A DNA stretch of 64,000 nt from the human T2T-CHM13v2.0 reference genome, Homo sapiens (GCA_009914755.4 CP086569.2:27072001-27136000), one strand, 5' to 3'; positions 30,908 through 46,596 are shown, numbered from the stretch's first letter. Notes: a model not told the origin generated them from the sequence alone. Program-made: numbers and translations.

Positions 30908-31214
30908 TAGATAGACAAAATGACATTTTAAAAAAAGCCACACTCACTTGAGTAGACCTTCGTGTCTGCCGAGCTTGTCTGGAGCGTGCTGTCCTTAAAA
31001 CTCTGCTTCCTTATCCTGTACAGGAGTCAGATAGGACCTGCAGAGAAAAAAAAAGTAATAGCAAAAGGAAGATCTTTGCTGAATATACTTGAGGAATGAC
31101 AAAGTGTTTCCATGTATTGAAGAGATTTCTACATTCTAGGAATGAACTTAAGCAAAGTCAAAGTGACAGATATGCTATCAACCATCAGCAAACATTACAG
31201 AATCCAAGTTATTA

Positions 31215-31940
31215 CAGTTGCTCCCCTTATCTGTGGTTTTGCTTTTTGTGGTTTCAGTAGCCCATGGTGAACTGTGGTCTGAAAATATTAAATGAAAACT
31301 TCCATCAATAAACAATTCATACATTTTCAATTGTGCACTGTTCTGAATAGCGTGGTGAAATTTCATGCTGTTCCATTCTGTCCCTCCTGAGATGCAAATC
31401 ATGCACTGTTGTGATATCACAGTGTTTATGTTCAACTAATCCGTATTCTACTTAATAATGGCCCCAAAGTGCAAGAGTAGTGATGCTGGCATTTTGTTAT
31501 AACTGTCTATTTTATTATTAGTTATTAATATTATTGCTAATCTCTTACTGTGCCTAATTATAAATTAAACTTTAGTGTAGGTATGTATTTATAGGACAAA
31601 TTGTATTTATATAGGGTTCTGTACTATCTGTAGGTTCAATCATCCACTGGAAGTCTTGAAAGGTATCGTGCGGTGGCTCACACCTATAATCCCAGCACTT
31701 TGGGAGGCCAAGGTAGGAGGATCACCTCAGGTCAGGAGTTCGAGACCAACCTGACCAACATGCTGGAACCCTGTCTCTATTAAAAATACAAAAATTAGCC
31801 AGGTGTGCTGGTGGGCACCCGTAATCCCAGCTACTCAGGAGGCTGAGACAAAAGAATCACTTCAACTTGGAGGCCGAGGTTGCAGTGAGCTGAGATTGCA
31901 CCACTGCACTCCAGCCTGGGTGACGAGTGAAACTAGGTCT

Positions 31941-31976
<36 letters not shown>

Positions 31977-32007
31977 AATGTATCTCCCATGGATAACGGG
32001 ACTATTG
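31215..32007 (+). mobile_element. Tigger1-derived non-autonomous DNA transposon (TcMar-Tigger, internally deleted), carrying a nested Alu
   Basis: 5' end 'CAGTTGCTCCCCTTATCTGTGGTTTTGCTTTTTGTGGTTTCAGTAGCCCATGGTGAACTGTGGTCTGAAAATATTAAATGAAAACTTCCATCAATAAACAATTCATACATTTTCAATTGTGCACTGTTCTGAATAGCGTGGTGAAATTTCATGC...' and 3' end '...TTACTTAATAATGGCCCCAAAGTGCAAGAGTAGTGATGCTGGCATTTTGTTATAACTGTCTATTTTATTATTAGTTATTAATATTATTGCTAATCTCTTACTGTGCCTAATTATAAATTAAACTTTAGTGTAGGTATGTATTTATAGGACAAATTGTATTTATATAGGGTTCTGTACTATCTGTAGGTTCAATCATCCACTGGAAGTCTTGAAAGGTATC[Alu]GAAATGTATCTCCCATGGATAACGGGACTATTG' follow the Tigger1 termini as I remember them (CAGTAGTTCCCCCTTATCCGCGG... / ...CCGCGGATAAGGGGGAACTACTG). Confidence 0.6.
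31666..31974 (+). mobile_element. Alu SINE nested in the Tigger1 element near its 3' TIR
   Basis: '...GCGGTGGCTCACACCTATAATCCCAGCACTTTGGGAGGCCAAGGTAGGAGGATCACCTCAGGTCAGGAGTTCGAGACCAACCTGACCAACATG...' plus (A)~33. Flanking duplication 'GAAAGGTATC' / 'GAAATGTATC'. Confidence 0.9.
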
Positions 32008-33236
32008 TGTTTTTAAATGTATTACTGTTCACACAGAATCATGTCATCTGTAAAATGAGAATTTTATTTCTTCTTTCCCATCCTTCCAATTTTTATTTCT
32101 TTTCTTGCCTTAATGCTTTGGCTAGGAATCTCTAGGACATGCTGAAAAGCAGTGATGATAGTAAGTTTTCATTCTCTGTAATCCTGCCATCAAAGAGAAT
32201 GCTTTCAGCATTTTTTCATTAAGTGTAATGTTTGTTGTAAGATTTATGCAGATACCACTCATCAAATTAAAGCAATTCCCTTCTATTCCTACAGAAAACA
32301 GGCTAAGAGGGTTTCTCGTTGTTTTTTAATCATTAGTGTATGTTGAACTTTATCACATGCTATTCTTCCCCATATATTGAGATGATTGCTTTTCTCCTTT
32401 TTTCTGTCAGGAAGGTGAATTACATTGAATAATTTTTGAATGATAAAGCAACACTGAATTCTTGGGACAAGCTCAACTTGGTCAAGATGTACCATCTTTT
32501 TATATAGATTTTTAAACATATTCACTATTATTTAGTTTAGAATTTCTACCACATTCATGAAAGAAATTGGCTTATAATTTTCCCTTCTTGTAATATGCTG
32601 GTCAGCTTTGTGAATTAAGGTTATGTGAATTGTGAGTGTTCTCTACATGTCTATTTCTGTAAGAATTTGTGTAAGATTTGGGTTATTTCCTCCTTAAATG
32701 ATTGGAAGTGTTCACTAATCAAGTCATCTGGGTTTACAGTGTTCCTTGTGGGAAGGTTTTGTTTTTTATTTTTGAGACAGAGTCTTACTTCGTTGCCCAT
32801 GCTGGAGTACAGTGGCGTGATCATAGCTGACTGTAGCCTTGATTTCCTGGACTCAGGCAATTTTCCCTCCTCAGCCTTTGCAAGTAGCTGGGACTACAGG
32901 TGCACGCCACCACACCTGGCTAACTTTTTTTTATTTTTAGTAGAGATGAGGTCTCGCTATGTTGCCTAGGCTGATCTTGAACTCCTGAGCTCAAGCGATC
33001 CTCCCACCTTGACTTCCCAGAGTGCTGGTTTATAGGTGTGAGCCACTGTGTCCAGCCCTTATGGGAAAGTTTTAAATAAAGGGTTCAATGTCTTTAATAG
33101 AGTTAGGCTTATTCAAATTTTCTGTTTTGGTAATTGTTTTTTAAGAAATTTTCCATTTTGTCTGTATTATCACATTTAGTGGCATAAAGTTGTTAATAAT
33201 ACCCTTAGAATACATTTGTTATTTTAATATCTAGAG
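32008..33236 (-). mobile_element. Old LINE-1 (L1M/L1PB-type) ORF2 reverse-transcriptase region, minus strand, interrupted by an Alu
   Basis: Minus-strand ORFs translate L1 ORF2 motifs: 32289-32525 (-) '...QVELVPRIQCCFIIQKLFNVIHLPDRKKEKSNHLNIWGRIACDKVQHTLMIKK' (compare [49 protein letters not shown]), and 32651-32860 (-) '...NPDDLISEHFQSFKEEITQILHKFLQK' (compare PDGFTGEFYQTFKEEL.PILLKLFQKIE). Confidence 0.65.
32757..33057 (-). mobile_element. Alu SINE, minus strand, inside the old L1
   Basis: 'TTTTTATTTTTGAGACAGAGTCTTACTTCGTTGCCCATGCTGGAGTACAGTGGCGTGATCATAGCTGACTGTAGCCTTGATTTCCTGGACTCAGGCAATTTTCCC...GGTTTATAGGTGTGAGCCACTGTGTCCAGCC'. Confidence 0.9.
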
Positions 33237-33400
33237 CAGTGGCTTTCAAATTGTTTTGGTCTCAAGATCCTTTAATATTTTTTAAAATTATTGAGAACCC
33301 CAGAAAGCTTTTGTTTATATGGGGATTAATATTTATCTTACTAGAAATTAAAATTTAAAAATTAAAAAATGTATTTATTAATTTATTTAAAAATAATAGC
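33237..33400 (+). mobile_element. hAT-Charlie-type DNA transposon, 5' segment (TIR 'CAGTGGCTTTCAAATTGTTTTGGTCTCAAGATCC...')
   Basis: 'CAGTGGCTTTCAAATTGTTTTGGTCTCAAGATCCTTTAATATTTTTTAAAATTATTGAGAACCCCAGAAAGCTTTTGTTTATATGGGGATTAATATTTATCTTACTAGAAATTAAAATTTAAAAATT...TTATTTAAAAATAATAGC' matches the 5' end of a Charlie-family consensus (CAGTGGTTCTCAAACTTTTTGGTCTCAGGACCCCTTTACACTCTTAAAAATTATTGAGGACCCCAAAGAGCTTTTGTTTATGTGGGTTATATCTATCGATATTTACCGTATTAGAAATTAAAACTGAGAAATTTTAAAATATTTATTAATTCATTTAAAAATAACAATAAACCC), recalled from memory. The sequence stops being Charlie-like at 33400, where the Alu begins. Confidence 0.55.
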
Positions 33401-38021
<4,621 letters not shown>

Positions 38022-39200
38022 AGAAAATAATAGCCCTAATACATTTTAACATCAATATTATTTTTTATTAAAAAAACTATATCTTCCAAAACAAAAAATT
38101 AGAAGAGTGGCATTGTTTTACATTTTCATAAATTTCTTTAATGTTGGTTTAATAGAAGACAGTGGGATCCTCTTATCTCTTTATGCAGTCAATATATTGT
38201 TTTGGTTAAAATATATAAAGACTAGTCTTTCACAAATACATAGTTGGAAAAGCGAGGAGTATTGTGATAGCTTTCTCAGATAATTGGGAGATATTTTTCT
38301 TTGATGCTACACCAACACAAGTGGTGGTTAATTACAATGTATACTCTAAAACAGGGGTCCCCAACTCCCGGGCTGCAGAACAGGACTGATCTGTGGCCTG
38401 TTAGGAACCACGCTGTACAGCAGGAGGTGAGCGAGTGAGCATTGATGCCTGAGCTCTGCCCTCTGTCAGATCAGCCACGGCATTAGATTCTCATAGGGAC
38501 GTGAACCCTATTGTGAGCTGCCCATGCCAGGAATCTAGGTTGTGCATGCCTTATGAGAATCTAACTAATGCCTGATGATCTGCAGAACAGTTTTACCCAA
38601 AACCATCACCGTCCCCCACACCCCATGCCTCCACCAGTCTGTGGAAAAATTGTCTTCCACAAAACCAGTCCCTGGTGCCAAAAAGGTTGGAGAACACTGC
38701 TCTAAAATATATTAATAGATTTTTCATATTCTGTTACATTGAAATCCTTTGGTCTATCTTATACTTTCAAAGAATCTTCTTATTCATGCATGATTTTGTA
38801 ACATATCTTTATAAGTCATTTGTAAAATATTGGTGCATTTGTAAAATATTGCTACATTAAGCAGATCTTCCCAATATTGACATACTACATTATATAATAA
38901 TAGTAAAAATAAATTATTTAATATCACCTTTGATCTTAGAACAGTCTTTAAGTATTGGGAAGCTGTCAGTAATATTACTCATGGTGGCATATAAGTTTTC
39001 TAAAATTCTAATTTCTGCTTGAAAGTTTAAATTTTTAATTGGCAACAAATACTCAACGGCTTGACTCTATTTTCAAGAAAATGTCTGCCAAATTACTCAG
39101 GTGTGAATAACCATTGTTTGACCATCAGTAATGCTTTGAAGTAAAAAACGGTGTTCTGTGAAAAATCAAGCTAGTTTCTGCCCTCTCTTGGGACTCCAAT
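38022..39200 (+). mobile_element. hAT-Charlie-type DNA transposon, continuation of the 33237-33400 segment (host of the nested L1/Alu/MITE). The 3' boundary is not resolved.
   Basis: '...AAAATAATAGCCCTAATACATTTTAACATCAATATTATTTTTTATTAAAAAAACTATATCTTCCAAAACAAAAAATTAGAAGAGTGGCATTGTTTTACATTTTCATAAATTTCTTTAATGTTGGTTTAATAGAAGACAGTGGGATCCTCTTATCTCTTTATGCAGTCAATATATTGTTTTGGTTAAAATATATAAAGACTAGTCTTTCACAAATACATAGTTGGAAAAGCGAGGAGTATTGTGATAGCTTTCTCAGATAATTGGGAGATATTTTTCTTTGATGCTACACCAACACAAGTGGTGGTTAATTACAATGTATACTCTAAAACAG' is colinear with the Charlie consensus '...AAAAATAACAATAAACCCATTACATGTTAACATAAATAACATATTTTTTATGAAAAATAACTATATTTTCCAAAACAAAAAAATTAGTGAGAAGAGTGGCATTGTTTTACATTTTTGCAAATCTCTTTAATGTCTGGCTTAATAGAAGACAGCTGGATTCTCATATCTGC...GATGCTACACCAACACAAAGTGGTAGT...' (from memory). 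Confidence 0.5.
38352..38699. mobile_element. MER30-like palindromic hAT MITE inserted into the Charlie element, with an 8-bp TSD
   Basis: 'CAGGGGTCCCCAACTCCCGGGCTGCAGAACAGGACTGATCTGTGGCCTGTTAGGAACCACGCTGTACAGCAGGAGGTGAGCGAGTGAGCATTGATGCCTGAGCTCTGCCCTCTGTCAGATCAGCCACGGCATTAGATTCTCATAGGGACGTGAACCCTATTGTGAGCTGCCCATGCCAGGAATCTAGGTTGTGCATGCCTTATGAGAATCTAACTAATGCCTGATGATCTGCAGAACAGTTTTACCCAAAACCATCACCGTCCCCCACACCCCATGCCTCCACCAGTCTGTGGAAAAATTGTCTTCCACAAAACCAGTCCCTGGTGCCAAAAAGGTTGGAGAACACTG'. The terminal inverted repeats are CAGGGGTCCCCAAC / GTTGGAGAACACTG. A perfect 8-bp direct repeat 'CTCTAAAA' lies at 38344-38351 and 38700-38707, the hAT-typical TSD length. Confidence 0.7.
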
Positions 39201-39709
39201 CATTTATGTTAGACCTTACTGGCCATGTTCTACTGATTTATCATGCTTTTTCTGCATTTTGCATCCTTTTATCTCTCTGTGCTTCATTCTGGATATTTTC
39301 CACTGTCCAACCTTTCAGTTCACTATCATTTCTTTATCTGGTCTACTACTGCAAACTCACCAACTGAGTTTCTTGATTTCAGTGATTTTTTGTTTCTAGA
39401 ATTTCCACTTGATTGTTTTTAACAGATTGCAGTTCTCTGGTGAAAATCTCTACTTCTTATCTACTTCCTGGAACATATTAATCACAATGATTTTAAAGTC
39501 CATGTCTGATAATATCAGTATCTGGACCTGTTCCTATTGTCTATTTTTTCTTTTGGTCTTTTGGTAACTCTTATTTCTTGGTATGTATGCTAATTTTTAA
39601 ATTAACATCAGGCGTATTTAATAAAAAAACGTAGTGAGTGATAACTCATGACTGTTGTTGCTACCCTTCAGAGAGAATATTTTTTCCCCCTGGCAGTTAG
39701 GCTAAGGAA

Positions 39710-39895
39710 GTGGTTCTTAAACTTTCACTTGTATCAGAACCACTTTGAGGGCTTATGCAATACAAATTTCTGAGTACCACACCAACAGAGGTCCTGATTC
39801 AGCAGGTCTGGTGTAGGGGTCTGAGAATCTGCATTTCTAATAAGTTCAGATGACACTGCTGGTCTGGGGACCACACTTTAAGAAACAAGAGACTA
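39710..39895. mobile_element. MER5A-like hAT-Charlie MITE (~190 bp)
   Basis: 'GTGGTTCTTAAACTTTCACTTGTATCAGAACCACTTTGAGGGCTTATGCAATACAAATTTCTGAGTACCACACCAACAGAGGTCCTGATTCAGCAGGTCTGGTGTAGGGGTCTGAGAATCTGCATTTCTAATAAGTTCAGATGACACTGCTGGTCTGGGGACCACACTTTAAGAAACAAG' parallels the MER5A consensus (CAGTGGTTCTCAAACTTT...CATCAGAATCACCTGGAGGGCTTGTTAAAACACAGATTGCTGGGCCCCACCCCAGAGTTTCTGATTCAGTAGGTCTGGGGTGGGGCCTGAGAATTTGCATTTCTAACAAGTTCCCAGGTGATGCTGATGCTGCTGGTCCGGGGACCACACTTTGAGAACCACTG), recalled. Confidence 0.6.
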
Positions 39896-41295
39896 AGGAA
39901 AAGTACCTTAATCCACTTTGATACTGAGCTGGTTGGAAGCTAGGCTTCAGTCTTTTCAAGGGCTGGTCTATTTCTGGTAAGTCCTTAGAATGTAGCCCTT
40001 CAGTGGTTCTAAATCAAAGTCTGGGGTATCTGCTAGGCTCTCTTTCTGAACTCCAATCATTCCCTGAGTCCCATGAGACTACCAAAATCTTGTTCAGTTT
40101 CTCAGGCTCATAGCCACTGCTTTACTAATCAGCAAATACCTCAAGGGGAAAAGTAGAGCCAAATGTTGGGTTTACCCTTTTAAGGTTTCCTTCTCTCCAG
40201 GATCTTGATCCCTCAAGTTCTCACTTGCTTCGTAACTCTCAAGTACCTTCAAAAACTTTTTTCTTATATTTATCCAGCTTTTTCTAGTTATTCTCAGTGG
40301 GAGATTTTACATAAACAAAATATGCCACAGACTGAAGCAGAAGTACCCAACCAGGCAATGTTTTTAATACTCATATTTTTTCCCTCAAGGTAAATTAGTA
40401 AATTGGAATTCCAATACATGTGTCAATATACTGTAGTTTGGTAGGTTTGCATATTTCCTTAATATATTCCTCTCCTCTGAGTGAACTAAAAAAATTAAGT
40501 CCCAAAACTAAAGCTGTAGTCCAGATACTGGAATTGGTGAGAACTAACTTCCCATGAAGTTCTGTCTAGATTACCAGCAAACCTACTCATATGTTATTTC
40601 TACCTGCAAAACATACAGTATCACTATTTTACTGAATTCTTGATCTTTATCTCTTCTTTGCATACAGTACAGAAGGCACAGTGAAAGAAAAAGGGCTCAA
40701 GCTCCCTTATCCTACTGTCTACTCTAGAGAGTTTTTTTGAATGAGAGAAACAGAGCTCATAAAAACCTGGTAGGTAAGATCAGGAATATTTTACTTGACT
40801 TGGAATCTTAAATATTTGAAATCACACATGTGAAATCACATTACTTTTTTGCCAGGGGGAAAAAACAGGCAAAAATATGAAAATAAAAATCAACTAAAAT
40901 TCTACCACATGGAGATAATCTCATTTTTATTTTACTGCATATAAGTCCAGATTGTATGTAAATATATAGTATACAAACTATATATAGTTTTTTATAAACC
41001 ATAAAACTATAAAAACTATATACTATGAATATCACACATATTACTCTGTAGCCTGTGTCAATATATGAGAGTTTTATTATTTAAGAAAAAATATATAAAA
41101 ACAAAACCCATAAATTCCAGTACTTGAACTGTAAATGTTTTTGAAGGAACATTTTCATTTATTTTTCTTTATCTCAGATGGGCATTCGAAAGATCAGAGA
41201 AGTAACGTGCCTAACTTATAGCTGCGTTGAGGACATACTATACTACGTTTTCATTAGAGACTAAGTCCTTCTGTAACACTTTCTAAAATCTAGAC

Positions 41296-41468
41296 CAGCT
41301 GGTCAGCAAACTATGACCTTGGGCCAAATCTGGCCTGCAACATTTTTGTAAATAAAGTTTTATTGGAATCACAGAGAAGAGTTTAGTAACTGCAACAGAG
41401 ACAACATGGCCTGCAAAGGCCAAAATAATCACTATCTGACCCTTTATAGAAAAATATTGCTGACCCCT
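41296..41468. mobile_element. MER20-like hAT-Charlie MITE, copy 2 (internally shortened)
   Basis: 'CAGCTGGTCAGCAAACTATGACCTTGGGCCAAATCTGGCCTGCAACATTTTTGTAAATAAAGTTTTATTGGAATCACAGAGAAGAGTTTAGTAACTGCAACAGAGACAACATGGCCTGCAAAGGCCAAAATAATCACTATCTGACCCTTTATAGAAAAATATTGCTGACCCCT' shares its termini and the internal 'TTTTGTAAATAAAGTTTTATTGGAA' block with copy 1. Confidence 0.6.
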
Positions 41469-41931
41469 ATGTAGAGCAAGCCCTCACTCCAAACTCCTTG
41501 ATTTTTCTGAGAAGCATTGCAGCCATCCATGAATCTGAATGCTACAGGATTCTTCATTGCTATTCAAAGAAGACAGATATAGTCTCACAAAACAGAAATA
41601 AAAATAATGGAAGCCATGGCTTCTCATCTATCCCCTTGCCTCCTGCATCTGGAAAAAACTAGGCTAACACTCACAGTTTAGTAGCATGGGAAGGAATTCA
41701 GATGCCAAAGTCCTCTTATTACCATCTCTATCTATTATGTTTCCTAGAGGGCAGGAAGAATTTTTCTTTGTATTTGTTATGATATTGAGATTACACAATC
41801 AGTGGCATTCAAATAATTGATTACAGAGAATTAAGCATGACTTCACAGATATACTTTGTACTTTGTCTCTAAAGTTTATACTGCCCCTTCGCACACTATA
41901 AATGGACAAATTCTGCCTCAAGAAGTTGTTT

Positions 41932-42060
41932 TGGGAGAATTGCTTGAGCCCAGGAAGTCAAGGCTGCAGTGAGCCATCACTGCACCACTGCACTGTAGCC
42001 CAGGGTGACAGAGTGAGAGACTGTTTCAAAAAAAAAAAAAGAAAAGAAAAGAAAAAGAAA
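41932..42060 (+). mobile_element. Alu right-arm fragment with a degenerate A-rich tail
   Basis: 'GAGAATTGCTTGAGCCCAGGAAGTCAAGGCTGCAGTGAGCCATCACTGCACCACTGCACTGTAGCCCAGGGTGACAGAGTGAGAGACTGTTTCAAAAAAAAAAAAAGAAAAGAAAAGAAAAAGAAAAAGG'. Confidence 0.7.
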
Positions 42061-42865
42061 AAGGAAGTTGTGCAAAACATCCAGCAAATCACCAGTGAAT
42101 ATTTTAAAAGTCACAATAAATGATGATAAAAGACCTAAACTATACCTTTTATACAGGTATAGTGTAGTGATAAAGTACCCTGGCATAAAAATCATACTGC
42201 CTGGTTTTGTACCATGGCTTCTCAACTTACTTGGTAGGTGATTGTGGATAAATTATTTAAGCACTCTATACCCAAGTTTCTTATACAATGAAGATATGAG
42301 CAGTTGTAATAGATATATACAGATATATTAATAGAGTTGTGAAGATAAAATGCAAACCCATGTAAGGCACTTAGAATAAAACCTGGCACACGTTTGCTGC
42401 TACTACCATGACCAGAACTACTATCATCATGACCAATACTCTTACTACTACATTATTTTCATTGTCATATTAAAAGCTCATCAGTAATAATTTGGAAAAT
42501 AAAGAAAGGATAGGTGTGCTACAATATTCATCACATCTAAATCAAAGAGTTCCCCTTAATTATTTTTACCAGGTATGGCTAACTCATTTGGAAGAGGACT
42601 TAATTCCCTTGAAATATTCTCCATGAAGCTTCATAGGGTTACCTAAGTAAAATAAAACTACTCCAAGTAGATGAATGAAAAAAGAAATAATCATAATTTC
42701 CAAGGAGAGAACAACGCTGCTTTCTCTAGAATGATAACAAAATAAATTTTGTCTGGAATCCAATGGGAAATTGGGTTTTGAAGTAGCTTTAGAGTCCTAT
42801 ACCTCAAATCTGTTGAGGAGAGAATGGTATTTAAACATGTTCACTCCAAACAGGAAAGGAACTAA

Positions 42866-43240
<375 letters not shown>

Positions 43241-43392
43241 TAGCTTATAATATATAAAAATATAATTAAAGACATACTATATAAATATTTTATAGTATAT
43301 GTCTAATACTGACCACTGAGGATGCTGTGGTCATTAATTACAGAATATCTAATGGTCTTATAAGATAGTTTATTATTGATTGAACTATGCCC

Positions 43393-43696
43393 TTTTTTTT
43401 TTTTTTTTTGAGACAGAGTCTCACTCTGTTGCCCAAGCTGGAGTGCAGTGGCACAATCTCAGGCTCAATGCAACCTCTGCCTCCTGGGTTCAAGCAATCC
43501 TCCCACCTCAGCCTCCCTAGTAGCTGGGACTACAGGCGCATGCCACCACACTCAGCTAGTTTTTGCATTTTTTAATAGAGAAGACGGAGTTTCACCATGT
43601 TGGCGAGACTGGTCTCGAACTCCTGACCTCAGGTGATCTGCCCGGCTCAGCCTCTCAAAGTGCTAGGATTACAGGCATGAGCCACGATGCCTGGCC
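43393..43696 (-). mobile_element. Alu SINE, minus strand
   Basis: 'TTTTTTTTTTTTTTTTTGAGACAGAGTCTCACTCTGTTGCCCAAGCTGGAGTGCAGTGGCACAATCTCAGGCTCAATGCAACCTCTGCCTCCTGGGTTCAAGCAATCCTCCCACCTCAGCCTCCCTAGTAGCTGGGACTACAGGCGCATGCCACCACACTCAGC...GGATTACAGGCATGAGCCACGATGCCTGGCC'. Confidence 0.9.
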
Positions 43697-44449
43697 AATG
43701 TCCTGTATATTAACATAAGATTACATCCACAAAAGTTCTTCAGACATCCTAAAAACACCTTCTTTAATATCAACCTGGAAGTAAATATGGATAGCTACTG
43801 GGGGCGGGGGTAGGGGGACAGACTTAGGGGGATCATGGGAATCACAGACCTATGCCTACAGACTTTATGAATTCAAGATGTCATTTGATCTAATTCTAAG
43901 ACTTCAGGTAGACACAAAAAATGTATTCTTATTTTACGGATGAGTCAATAAAAGCCTAAGGAGATGCTAAAACACCCAAGGTAACAATGTTATATACCTA
44001 AAGGGATTTTAACCATGTTCTCCTGCTTCCGGTATAGTTTTTCTTATATTGCACCACAATGAACACTGTTTCCTCCACTCAGTACCATGGTATTCTAGCT
44101 ATGTAGATTTATGTAGCAAGACATTTCTTCTGGCAAATCCTGCAATATCGGGAACTAATGGATAACAATGTCTTGCATTAAACTTCTCCTAGCATCCCGA
44201 CATTTCCCAAAAATCTGTCATAATCAACACTCCATTCTTGGGAAAGTATGATTTTTACATTTCTAGAAATTTCCATCAACATGGTATAAGACTGCCATGA
44301 ACAAACTATAAACATTAAAAATATCAGGGATAAATTCTTCTTTGGAGGATGCAGTTGACTCTACAGTTGCTAGGACACTATGAGGTAAATTTTAGTTTAA
44401 ATTTTCCTTGCTGTTCCTAATTGGGAAGGGGAGGCTAATACTATGGTAC

Positions 44450-44580
44450 AATAGAAAGAACAGGCACCTGGATTCTAGTTTTAGCTCTGCCATTAATTAC
44501 TTGTTTGATCTTAAGTGAATCAATCTCTTGGAACTCTAGTTTCTTCATCTGTAAAACAAAGGGGTAAATCTAAAATTTTA
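44450..44580 (+). mobile_element. MIR SINE fragment
   Basis: 'GGATTCTAGTTTTAGCTCTGCCATTAATTACTTGTTTGATCTTAAGTGAATCAATCTCTTGGAACTCTAGTTTCTTCATCTGTAAAACAAAGGGGTAAATC' follows the MIR consensus ...GGTTCGAATCCCGGCTCTGCCACTTACTAGCTGTGTGACCTTGGGCAAGTTACTTAACCTCTCTGAGCCTCAGTTTCCTCATCTGTAAAATGGGGATAATA. Confidence 0.5.
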
Positions 44581-45029
44581 AAGATCCCATTTAGCTTTAA
44601 ACCATGATGAATCCATATTTATACTGATTCTGAACAAACGGCCTCTAAGTCTGCTCACCAAATGTCTATTCTCAGTCTGGCCAAATACTACATTTCTTTT
44701 ATTTCATGGGTTACTTTCTTTAATACTGACCAACAGAACTTTGTGTAATAATGGAAATGTTGTATACCTGCACAGCCCAATATGGTTGCCACTAGTCACA
44801 TGTGGTCACTGAGCAGTTAAAAGAGGAACTAAATTTTAAATTTAATTTTAATTATTTAAATTTGAGTAGCCACACATGGCTACTGATTACCATACTGCAC
44901 ACCACAGCTCTAGAAGTCCTGAGAATTCAATTAAAAGACAATATTATCAAGCCCTCTCCTCAAACCTGAAAACCAGATCCAACTCATAAAACTTAAACTT
45001 AACAAAATTTCATCAAAAATGCAATTTGT

Positions 45030-45315
45030 GGCTGGGCACGGTGGCTCATGCCTGTAATTCCAGCATTTCAGGAGGCCGAGGCGGGCAGATTACCTGAGGC
45101 CAGGAGTTTGAGATCATTCTGGCCAACACAGTGAAAGCATGTCTCTACTAAAAACAGAAGAAATTGCATAGTGGCCTACACCTGTAATCCTAGCTACCGG
45201 GGAGGCTGAGGCATGAGATTCACTTGAACCTGGGAAGCAGAGGTTGCAGTGAGATCGCACCACTGCACTCCGGCCTGGGCGACAAGAGTGGGACTCTGTC
45301 TCAAAAAAAAAAAAA
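45030..45315 (+). mobile_element. Alu SINE with poly(A) and a 14-bp TSD
   Basis: 'GGCTGGGCACGGTGGCTCATGCCTGTAATTCCAGCATTTCAGGAGGCCGAGGCGGGCAGATTACCTGAGGCCAGGAGTTTGAGATCATTCTGGCCAACACAGTGAAAGCATGTCTCTACTAAAAACAG...' plus (A)13. TSD 'AAAATGCAATTTGT' at 45016-45029 and 45313-45326. Confidence 0.9.
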
Positions 45316-46596
45316 ATGCAATTTGTTAGTCAGCTAAGTTTAAAAGCAATTGATTCCATTTTCTTCTCAAAGTTCTCATTTTTCTCCTATGCTTCATGGA
45401 GGTGGTATTAGAGTAATCTTACATTTTTATATGTGGTACTTTAAATAGTGCCATATAGTGCTGGGGTTCCCACCTTTACAACAGTTCTATAGATATAGCA
45501 AATAGGAGTAAGCCCACAGATACAGCACACTTTAGAGCTACTTTTTCCCAATTGCAGCATTTATACTCTGCTGTCTCTGTACGCCTTTCCCTGTACCACC
45601 CTACTTTCCCTCTGCCCCCTTTGACAAAGAGCGCTCCAAGAAAACAGGCTGTTACCTCCTCGAGCAGGCCTGCATAACAGAACGAAGGTCAAGAGATGCG
45701 TGGAAACGAATAGCCAGAAAGGTAAGTGGCTGCTGGGAAAGACTGCAGTCTCAGCACCCGGTCTCCCTTGGACACTGGAAAAGGCTTGCACTGCCACTGC
45801 TATACAGCAAGCCAGAGGCAAAGCTTGCAATTTGCTAAGGAGCTGCTACTAAGGAGGAGGAGAAGGAAGGGGAGGAGAAAAGGGAAAGAAGGCAAAATCT
45901 TGGGCCTCGGCAGAGCCAATGCTGCTAATAGTTCCCAAAATAACATTCAATTAGATACATGTTTTATACACTGTACCAAACCAATCAATACTACTTCTCA
46001 TTTGACAGGGAGGGGAGAGAGAGAAATTATTCCTCATGTGAAAGAAGACAGAGCAAAGAGAGATGCAGCATTCTCATTCTGGATCCTATTTCATCTGCCC
46101 TTGAGCTACCCTAGTTGCTGCATCCATCCAACTGAGCTGTAAATACTGCCTCACTTGAGGCTCAGGCATAGCCAGCTGGCAAATGCCAACAGCTGTGAAG
46201 AGACAGATAGATAAAAAAGGAACACCTGACACACAGAAATGCAGGAACAAATTTCATATCTGCTATAAATGGGATAAACCTAGATAGATAAAGAGTTTAC
46301 ATACCACTCAATTTGATAAGCTAGCTACAGATCAGGAAGATTTCCAGGTCTAATATGTGTCACATATCAAAATATGATCTGATTTCATAGTTTAGGACAA
46401 TTGCATTCAAATGCTCATGTGCCATTTTTGGCCTCTCTAATCTGACACTGAGATCAGAGCTCATGTTTAAGCAACGAATCAAAGCTACAATTCCATTAAG
46501 AATTTTTTAAGAAAGAATTTCCCTCAGCCAAACTAAGCATTTCTTAAATCTAGACCTATAATTAACTGGCCCCAAATGTCAAGAGTGCTGAGTTTG

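Noticed and set aside
43269-43304. Apparent AT-rich palindrome AAGACATACTATATAAATATTTTATAGTATATGTCT as a cruciform or regulatory element
   Set aside because: On base-by-base checking, the two arms are not exact reverse complements (AGACATACTATATAAA versus AGACATATACTATAAA). The imperfect symmetry is typical of AT-rich low-complexity DNA.
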